Shown piece after piece: positions 27,604-33,540 of a DNA stretch of 33,540 nt. Under the pieces are notes generated by a model, which saw only the letters and a list, made by a program, of their open reading frames with translations, was not told the DNA's origin and did no database searches. Origin of the DNA: Dehalococcoidia bacterium (lineage in GTDB: Bacteria > Chloroflexota > Dehalococcoidia > Lucifugimonadales > UBA2985); the NCBI GenBank assembly GCA_963581795.1, contig CAUZOU010000003.1, positions 1 through 33,540 of the forward strand, given 5' to 3'. Made by a program: the position numbers and the translations under genes. Within the stretch, counting starts at the first letter, position 1. Every line of letters begins with the position of its first letter.

Positions 27604-28155
27604 TTACATTGGCAGAAGGGGAAGTACCCCATCTTCAAGGTCTACTTTTAAGGCATTGATTGCCAGGCACTGCATTGCGTAATAACCTATCGTCACGATA
27701 AGATCCACCGCGCCTTGCGGCCCAAGCAGGTGCTCAACCGCACTGTAGGTCGCGTCCCTAACCTGATGATTTCCCAAGAGTTCCTGGGTAAACTGGACGA
27801 ATACACTTTCCTTTGGCAATAGTCGCCTGGGTGGGCCTCCCTCCCTGATCGCTTCAATCACCTCATCTCTAACTCCTGCCTCCCTAGCCGAGTCGCAATG
27901 ATGGGTCCATAAATACTGACATCTCAAGCTTTTCGCTGTTGTCAGCGTAGCAATTTCCCTAACATCCGATGAAATCGCTGGCGATACATAACGAAGCTGG
28001 TCACCAAGTTGAGCAACACTGGACGCTACGTCCGGGCTATTGAGAAGCGCGGCAAAAGGTCTGGCCACATGCCCTCGATTTGCACCAATCCTGTCGTAGA
28101 TATCACGTTTGTTAGCGGGCATATCATCCTTATTTAGATAGGGTACTCTAGGCAC
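27604..28155 (-). CDS. carboxymuconolactone decarboxylase / AhpD-like family protein
   Basis: PRVPYL, ALLNSP, REIATL...CQYLWTHH...AREAGV, VDLIVTIGYY. Start placed at GTG 28155 behind AAGGAGG. Confidence 0.85.
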   Translation of the reverse strand: MPRVPYLNKDDMPANKRDIYDRIGANRGHVARPFAALLNSPDVASSVAQLGDQLRYVSPAISSDVREIATLTTAKSLRCQYLWTHHCDSAREAGVRDEVIEAIREGGPPRRLLPKESVFVQFTQELLGNHQVRDATYSAVEHLLGPQGAVDLIVTIGYYAMQCLAINALKVDLEDGVLPLLPM

Positions 28156-28216
28156 GGTACACCTCCTTAGTACAATAGAACAATCTTGGTCTAACGCAGG
28201 TATCACCAGATCACAA

Positions 28217-28619
28217 CTACGTCTTCAGTATCTCCATGTGCCTAAGCACACTCTCCAGGACTTCTGTCTTGATCAAAGCTAAGTCGACGTCCCTATCCAA
28301 AGTCGTCATGGTACAAGTGGATTTTCTTCTTTTAGCCTTCGCCGATAAAGCGTTTGCCCTCGTAGCGGCCAGACGCAAAGGAGGAGGGGAAAGGTTCGAG
28401 TGTGCTTGGAGGAGCCTCAGAGCCAGATGGAATCGCAAACGAGTCATCTAATGAGCGTTCGGCTACTGCTGCGTAAGCCAGGGAATCAACATTCTCTGAA
28501 TAGAACGTCAACACCCGTCTCACGCGATCCTGAACGGTCTCCCAATCCTCAACATCGGATGCTTGCTCAGCTTCGTCGAGGAGACGGTCAATCTGCCGCT
28601 GGATACGCTCGCTAGCCAT
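28217..28619 (-). pseudogene. disrupted N-terminal fragment of a Hanks-type Ser/Thr protein kinase
   Basis: MASERIQRQIDRLLDEAE helical leader, then SFASGRYEGKRFIGEG*(TAA 28334-28332)KKKIHLYHD, a frameshift, then TTLDRDVDLALIKTE = kinase subdomains I-II; the rest of the kinase domain is absent. Confidence 0.8.
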
Positions 28620-28820
28620 CCTACCTCCATCAATCAGACGATGTGGAAAGCCTAATTTTACTCCAAGAACCTAACCTAGTCGAGCAGGATTTCCCGAAGC
28701 AAGGAATACTGTGAAGCCAAGCTCATGAACGTGATCAGGGCAAGAATCATTGGAACAAGTCATTTTGAGACGGGTTCCTACATTTCTAGGAAGGCAGCGC
28801 ATAGCCTAGAATGCAATCAA

Positions 28821-28853
28821 TGGCTGCCCAACCCGTATAGAATCAAGAATTTT
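28821..28853. repeat. left attachment junction (core + P arm)
   Basis: tggctgcc core; ccaacccgtatagaatcaagaatttt (28828-28853) matches the reverse complement of 32949-32974 at 24/26 positions. Confidence 0.88.
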
Positions 28854-28940
28854 TAGCATGCCTTCTGAATTAGCTCTAGTTCGAGCTCAGTGAACCACAG
28901 CACAAGGCGAGGCCGTACGCTGTTCCAGACGGGGGCGCCC

Positions 28941-30542
28941 TCAGTCCTCACCGAGCCGAGCTGGCCGCAGCGTCTCCAGCCGCAGGTCATAGGAGGTCCC
29001 GTCGGTTGGCTGCCACCCTGTCACGTTGGAACTCACCGCGTAGGTGTCGTGCCGCCACGCCAGGGGGATGACCCAGTACTCCTCCGCCATGTCGTGGAGC
29101 GCTTCCCGGATACGTTGGTCCCTCTCCTGAGGATCGGCGATGCTGAAGATCTCCTGGTAGAGACGGTCACCACTCTCCAGATCATAGTAGGACATCATTG
29201 TGCCTGTCGCGGAGGTCATGTACTGGTAGATGGACTCGCCGGTACCATGCCAGTTCTCATAGGCACCATGGAAGATGGGAGCGGGCGCTATGTCCACGAA
29301 GTTCTGCGGGCGTGGAACGAAGCGAGACATCACATCTGGGTAGTCCGTGGACACGATCTGCACGTTCAGGCCGATAGCCCTCCAGTCCTTGGCTAGCCGC
29401 TCCAGCGTCCTGGGCATGTCCCGCATTCCATAGGCAAGGATGGACAGTACGTACACCGGCTCTCCCGCGTAGCCGCTCTCCTCTAGGAGGGTCCGGGCCG
29501 TCTGAGGATCGTAGGGGTACGGTGCGAAAGAGGGGTCCCAGCCCACGTTGACAGGAGAGGCGAAGGGCACGCTGGGCGCCGCCACAGCCACTTCCTCCGG
29601 AAAGATGCCCTGAATTGCCGCCTCCACGTCTACTCCCAGCGCCAGTGCCTTGCGGAAGGGTAGGCTGGAGGTTAAATAGGCCGGATCGTAGCTCATAAAG
29701 AAGCGCAGCAACGTACCCAGCACGTAGCGCGGCCCCTGGACCTGGAATCCCTCTGCCTTGAGTTGCTCCACGTCCTCATGCAAGACGATGGTCAGGTCCA
29801 GCTCCCCCGCTCGCAGCTTGGACAGTCGGTCTTCAGGCGCGGGAACGTGGATGAGACGGAGGCGGTCAAAGCCCGGGACGCGTTCAGCGTTCCAGTAGTC
29901 CCGGTTGGCCTCAAACTCGACGTACTCCCCCCTGACCTGATCCACGAACCGCCAAGGCCCGCTGCCAAGGGGGACATCCTCGAACCCAGGCGCTCCCACC
30001 GTTTCGTAGTAGTGCTTGGGCAAGAGCGGCATGTCTCCCCGAACCGAGCCCAGGTTGGAGAGGAACTCCGGGTCAGGCCTCTTCAGGTGGAGTCGGGCGG
30101 TGTAGCGGTCTACGATCTCCACCCGGTCCAGTGCTTCCTCCACATCGGAGCAGACGGCGCAAACGGCGATCGCCCGGGGATAGTGCTCTAGGTTGAAGGC
30201 GATGTCCTCTGTGGTGATCTCCACTCCATCGTGCCAGTGCATGCCCTGGCGTAGAATGAGAGTGTAACGGGTCGCGTCCTCGTTGGTCTCCCAGCGCTCT
30301 ACCAGCCCCAGCGCTAGATCAGGCCGTCCGGATGGACCGGCACCGATGAGGAAGTCGTACAGAGGGCCGTGGTAGAGCAGGCCCAGTTTTCCTTCTAGCG
30401 ATGGGTCCATAACTGCGGCTCCGAAGTCCGGCACCGCCACCCGGAGGACGGTATCTTCCTGGCTCACGGAGGTTGGCGCCGAGGAACAGGCAGTCACCAC
30501 GAACAATCCCATCAGGATCAGGATTGTGTAAAGTTTAGTCAT
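28941..30542 (-). CDS. ABC transporter substrate-binding lipoprotein, family 5 (peptide/nickel type), orphan
   Basis: Lipobox VVTAC; LVERWE...YTLILRQGMHWHDGVEITTEDI; PLGSGPWRF; FEANRDYW; FRKALALGVD; PYDPQTARTLLEESGY. Confidence 0.92.
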   Translation of the reverse strand: MTKLYTILILMGLFVVTACSSAPTSVSQEDTVLRVAVPDFGAAVMDPSLEGKLGLLYHGPLYDFLIGAGPSGRPDLALGLVERWETNEDATRYTLILRQGMHWHDGVEITTEDIAFNLEHYPRAIAVCAVCSDVEEALDRVEIVDRYTARLHLKRPDPEFLSNLGSVRGDMPLLPKHYYETVGAPGFEDVPLGSGPWRFVDQVRGEYVEFEANRDYWNAERVPGFDRLRLIHVPAPEDRLSKLRAGELDLTIVLHEDVEQLKAEGFQVQGPRYVLGTLLRFFMSYDPAYLTSSLPFRKALALGVDVEAAIQGIFPEEVAVAAPSVPFASPVNVGWDPSFAPYPYDPQTARTLLEESGYAGEPVYVLSILAYGMRDMPRTLERLAKDWRAIGLNVQIVSTDYPDVMSRFVPRPQNFVDIAPAPIFHGAYENWHGTGESIYQYMTSATGTMMSYYDLESGDRLYQEIFSIADPQERDQRIREALHDMAEEYWVIPLAWRHDTYAVSSNVTGWQPTDGTSYDLRLETLRPARLGED

Positions 30543-30617
30543 GATCGCTCTTCAAAAATAGCTGGGACAACATACCCTCATCCTCTGATTCTAGCAAGCA
30601 CTCCCTCCGCATACCAC

Positions 30618-30694
30618 AATCTGCCCGTTTCAGAATATATTATGCTCAACCTGCGCAATCGTACAATATATTGCATGACTAAGACGGGCAGATT
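30618..30694. promoter_or_regulatory. candidate operator region upstream of the substrate-binding protein gene
   Basis: AATATATT palindrome twice (30634-30641, 30665-30672; 31 bp apart) inside an 11-bp perfect inverted repeat (30618-30628 / 30684-30694). Confidence 0.4.
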
Positions 30695-30910
30695 TGTAGC
30701 GAATATGAGCTCCAGGGAAATGTGCCGTAAGCAAATGTGGCTACAAGGACACCACTAGACCAGGACAGGTGGAATCCCCTAGTGGCCCTTTATCCTGTTA
30801 CTATTCCTGGCAGGGTAGGCGCGCACCACAGGGCGACACTGGCCGCACACAAGACGCCTACAGCCAAGAGAGAAAAGACACAGTATGGTAAGCCCTGTCC
30901 GAGCATCAAA

Positions 30911-32509
30911 CTACTCCACTTCCGTGGAAGAGGGTCCAGGGACGAGCTTGATGAGGTTGTCGCCGAAGAGGCTTGCCACCCACAGAGTGCCCCTTGCCGA
31001 GACCACGGCAGAAGGACTGTCGACGGGGAAGAAGCCCGTTTCACCCGTGGCGATGTCTACCCTCAAAACCATGTCGGCGCCCCATGCAGCAGTCCAGAGA
31101 TAGCGTCCGTCGAAGACAAGGTGGCCAGGCCAGCCACCAACCACAATCTGAGTCAGTACCTCACCCTCCAGCGAGAGCCGGATCAGCTTGCCCTCCCAGT
31201 TGATAGACACCCATATGCTCTCGCCATCGAAGGCTAGGCCACTGGGGCCCTTGCCGCCCAGATACGGCGTCTCCTCGTAGCCTGAGGCGGGAGGTGGAGC
31301 GCCAGACACCCGGTATCTGGCTACTAGAGTGCCCTCCCGGCTGAACTTCTGCACCTCCTGCAGATTCAGGCTGGCCACCCACAGGTGCTCCCCATCTAGG
31401 GCGATCGACCATGGGGCCGTATGCCCACCCCTGATGGGAATGCGGCCCACAATCTCCCCGTCCACTGTCATGGAGTAGACCGCGTTACCCCAGGAGGTGA
31501 CTACCCATAGGAATTCCCCGTCGTACGCCAAGTCCACCGGTGCCGTGTGCCCGCCCCCAATTGTATATGTGTCCACCACTCGGCCGGAGAGGTCAACTTT
31601 CGTCACAGTGCTATCTCTGCCGTTGCCCACCCAGATATATCCGGCCGCGTGTAGGATGGCGCGCGGCCCATCCCCCACCCTCACGGTAGCCACGACGTGG
31701 CCATCCTGATCAAGCTTGGTCAACGTATTCTCCGCGCTGCTGACGACCCAGATATGCTCGCCGTCGAAGGCAAGTGCTTCGGGTCTGGGGAAGCCCTCAA
31801 AGAACACCCCTGTCATATGAGGGCGCAAGTCCACCAAGTCTGGAGTCACCGGCGTAGGTGGGGACTGAGGAACGGCGAGCACTGGCGTGGGCGCTGGGAT
31901 AGTAGTCGGTGCAGCGGCCAGCTCAGGATTGACTGGCTCTAGGTCTAGCCAAGCGTAGGCCGCGTGGCCACCCGTGAACAAATCGCCATCGATATGGCCG
32001 TCGACTTGCAGCGTCCCAGAGGGCATGAACAGAACATCGCTCACGTCCATCTGAGAAAGGAGGCTGAGGGTGAAGTCCATGGAACCGGATGGGGACAGCA
32101 CGCCAAGCTCACCGTCGAAGCGGTACTCGTGGGTGTCAGTGATCACCAAACACGTGCCATCATCCTGGACTTCCATAACCACGTCCAGCCTAGCCGCCCC
32201 AGAAAGGGGAGCACCAACGGCGTCCATCCTCTCCTGCAGCGAGAGGGGCAATGTGTACTTGCCGTCCACCGCTAGGACCAGCTCCACGACGCCCTCAACA
32301 ACACCCTCACAGGGAGGGTTGCCTCGGAGCACGTATGTCCCAGACCAGCGCGTTCCATCCATAGTGCCGAACACGGGAAATTCCGTCGCCGCGCCTGTCG
32401 GCGCGGTCGCTGACGGGGTATCGCCTGCAGTGCCAGGTTCTGGAGATGGTCCCTCACTACAGGAGACCGCTATCACCAGCAGCAAGGCCAGCATCCACAG
32501 AAAACGCAT
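30911..32509 (-). CDS. lipoprotein with Pro/Thr linkers and C-terminal 7-bladed beta-propeller (Vgb/YncE/NHL-like)
   Basis: Lipobox IAVSC; seven repeats of the type P-x-x-LAFDGE-x-IWV; extended -10 TGcTACTAT 9 nt before the ATG and no SD (possibly near-leaderless). Confidence 0.85.
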   Translation of the reverse strand: MRFLWMLALLLVIAVSCSEGPSPEPGTAGDTPSATAPTGAATEFPVFGTMDGTRWSGTYVLRGNPPCEGVVEGVVELVLAVDGKYTLPLSLQERMDAVGAPLSGAARLDVVMEVQDDGTCLVITDTHEYRFDGELGVLSPSGSMDFTLSLLSQMDVSDVLFMPSGTLQVDGHIDGDLFTGGHAAYAWLDLEPVNPELAAAPTTIPAPTPVLAVPQSPPTPVTPDLVDLRPHMTGVFFEGFPRPEALAFDGEHIWVVSSAENTLTKLDQDGHVVATVRVGDGPRAILHAAGYIWVGNGRDSTVTKVDLSGRVVDTYTIGGGHTAPVDLAYDGEFLWVVTSWGNAVYSMTVDGEIVGRIPIRGGHTAPWSIALDGEHLWVASLNLQEVQKFSREGTLVARYRVSGAPPPASGYEETPYLGGKGPSGLAFDGESIWVSINWEGKLIRLSLEGEVLTQIVVGGWPGHLVFDGRYLWTAAWGADMVLRVDIATGETGFFPVDSPSAVVSARGTLWVASLFGDNLIKLVPGPSSTEVE

Positions 32510-32660
32510 AACGAAAGCATAGTAGCACAGGGCCGGTCATCAAGTAGACTGCGCCATACCTACATCACTGAGAGAGGTTTAGGGCCAGTTCAAAAGTTCT
32601 TACGGTAATGGGCTCTTAGGCAGCATTCAGCGTAACGCTATATCCCAGCCGTTCAATTCT

Positions 32661-33008
32661 ACTGACCTCTCGCCGCTCATACATAGTCTTAAAACACGCA
32701 TTAACCAACTCCCGTCGGCCCGCGAAGCGGCACAGTTGCTTATCTCGGGGAACAAGCTGCACCTGCTAGATTCGGCAAGCATACATACCTACGTAAGCGA
32801 TATGAGATCTCTACTTAACGGAGGCATGTTAGATGAGCAAAAAGTATTCGTTCGTAGTTTTGTCGAAGAAGTAGCGATCAAAGGCAAAGAGTGTCCCCTC
32901 AGATCCAGGATACCGATACCACGGCAGCCGTTGAGTCATACGACATCGAAAGTTCTTGATTCTATACGGCTTGGCTGCCGAGCCTGGATTCGAACCAGGG
33001 TTACGTGA
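32661..33008 (+). pseudogene. C-terminal remnant of a large serine recombinase/integrase
   Basis: In-frame DLSPLIHSLKTRINQL...HTYVSDMRSLL...EQKVFVRSFVEEVAI...IPIP...KVLDSIRLG resembles the coiled-coil/C-terminal end of large serine recombinases; no catalytic domain upstream (in-frame TAG at 32580); frame reads through the att arm into the tRNA antisense. Confidence 0.75.
32949..32979. repeat. right attachment junction (P arm + core overlapping tRNA 3' end)
   Basis: aaagttcttgattctatacggct followed by the tggctgcc core; inverted partner of 28828-28853. Confidence 0.88.
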
Positions 33009-33045
33009 GTCAGAGTCACGTGTGCTACCACTACACCACTCGGCA
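32972..33045 (-). tRNA. tRNA-Gln (anticodon CTG)
   Basis: TGCCGAG TGGTGTAGTGGTAGCACA CGTGA CT-CTG-AC TCACG TAAC CCTGG TTCGAAT CCAGG CTCGGCA G CCA; U1-A72 pair, G73 discriminator, encoded CCA; 74 nt. Confidence 0.98.
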
Positions 33046-33061
33046 ATGCAGGCCGCCATTC

Positions 33062-33090
33062 AGTGTAATACCACTCTCAGTCATGGTCAA
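33062..33090 (-). promoter_or_regulatory. promoter of tRNA-Gln (TTGACC-17-TACACT)
   Basis: Near-consensus hexamers with 17-bp spacer, -10 ending 16 nt upstream of the tRNA. Confidence 0.7.
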
Positions 33091-33096
33091 TCTTGC

Positions 33097-33540
33097 TCAG
33101 GGAGCCAGAAGTCCCTCTTTCCGCAGGTCAGGCGAGCCTTCTTCGTCCGGGAGCATGTCAAATATCAAGCGCCCGCGCGATATTGCCTTTATGATCTCGG
33201 CGTATGTATCCAGTGCCTGGACGCGGGCGATTATATATTCCTGTATGTGCTCAGCATCAAGGCTTACAAGGTAATCGTACAACCTAAGTGACGACTCAGC
33301 TCCCAACCGCTTCTGCACAATGAGTTCCTGTTTCATATCTGCCAAATTCGGGTCGTCAAGCACCACAAGCCACTGAATCAGGTATCCCAGGAAGTGCTCG
33401 TCCCTATTGATGTCTGCATACCAGGAGTCAAACCTGTCGCCGATAAGGTCTCTGAACCCCTGATAGTCAGGGTATGAAACTAGGGTGAGGCCAGTAAATT
33501 CCTCCAACTTTAGCCAGAATGCCCTCTCAAACTGCTGGGC
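33097..33540 (-). CDS. hypothetical protein (partial, 5' end beyond the right edge)
   Basis: Frame is open to the window edge (AQQFERAFWLKLEEFTG...); acidic, helical-looking; no family recognised. Confidence 0.7.
   Translation of the reverse strand, partial: AQQFERAFWLKLEEFTGLTLVSYPDYQGFRDLIGDRFDSWYADINRDEHFLGYLIQWLVVLDDPNLADMKQELIVQKRLGAESSLRLYDYLVSLDAEHIQEYIIARVQALDTYAEIIKAISRGRLIFDMLPDEEGSPDLRKEGLLAP

Larger units (their letters stand above)
28821..32979. mobile_element. ~4.15-kb decayed serine-integrase element integrated at the 3' end of tRNA-Gln
   Basis: 8-bp direct repeat TGGCTGCC at 28821-28828 and 32972-32979 (tRNA acceptor end), internal 26-bp inverted arms, and an integrase C-terminal remnant abutting the tRNA. 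Confidence 0.85.

Noticed and set aside
27426-28820. Second, older tandem island downstream of the tRNA
   Set aside because: No further copy of the TGGCTGCC core or att arm seen by eye; only the kinase pseudogene hints at it.
32829-33291. ORFs 32829-33059 (-), 32956-33291 (+), 33005-33274 (+)
   Set aside because: They overlap the tRNA-Gln gene; peptides such as GSNPGSAA and PGFEPG are tRNA translation artefacts.
1-33540. CRISPR array, rRNA, IS transposase or defence-system genes
   Set aside because: No regularly spaced repeats, rRNA-like stretches or such protein motifs were seen.

Overview
Bacterial chromosomal window, most likely Chloroflexota class Dehalococcoidia/SAR202-like (inferred from gene content, not from a database search). 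Left to right: partial pyrG; rmuC; a branched-chain amino acid cluster (ilvB-ilvN-ilvC-leuA-leuC-leuD, no leuB/ilvD); an 11-subunit complex I operon (nuoABCDHIJKLMN, no nuoEFG); a divergent pair of acyl-CoA dehydrogenases and an aldo/keto reductase; mutS2 overlapping an acVLRF1 (Vms1/ANKZF1-like) gene; a CMD/AhpD-family gene; a Ser/Thr kinase pseudogene; a ~4.15-kb element integrated at the 3' end of tRNA-Gln(CTG); and a partial hypothetical CDS. The ilv-leu cluster carries two RNA controls: a T-box with a Val specifier before ilvB, and a Leu-codon leader peptide whose tail pairs with the leuA ribosome-binding site. Best leads: (1) the MutS2 + VLRF1 pair as a candidate eukaryote-like ribosome quality-control module; (2) a fully reconstructable serine-integrase attP/attB pair that lies inside the integrase 3' end and switches its C-terminus; (3) the LEU-element-like translational attenuator. 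All calls come from reading motifs by eye; no searches or folding were run.
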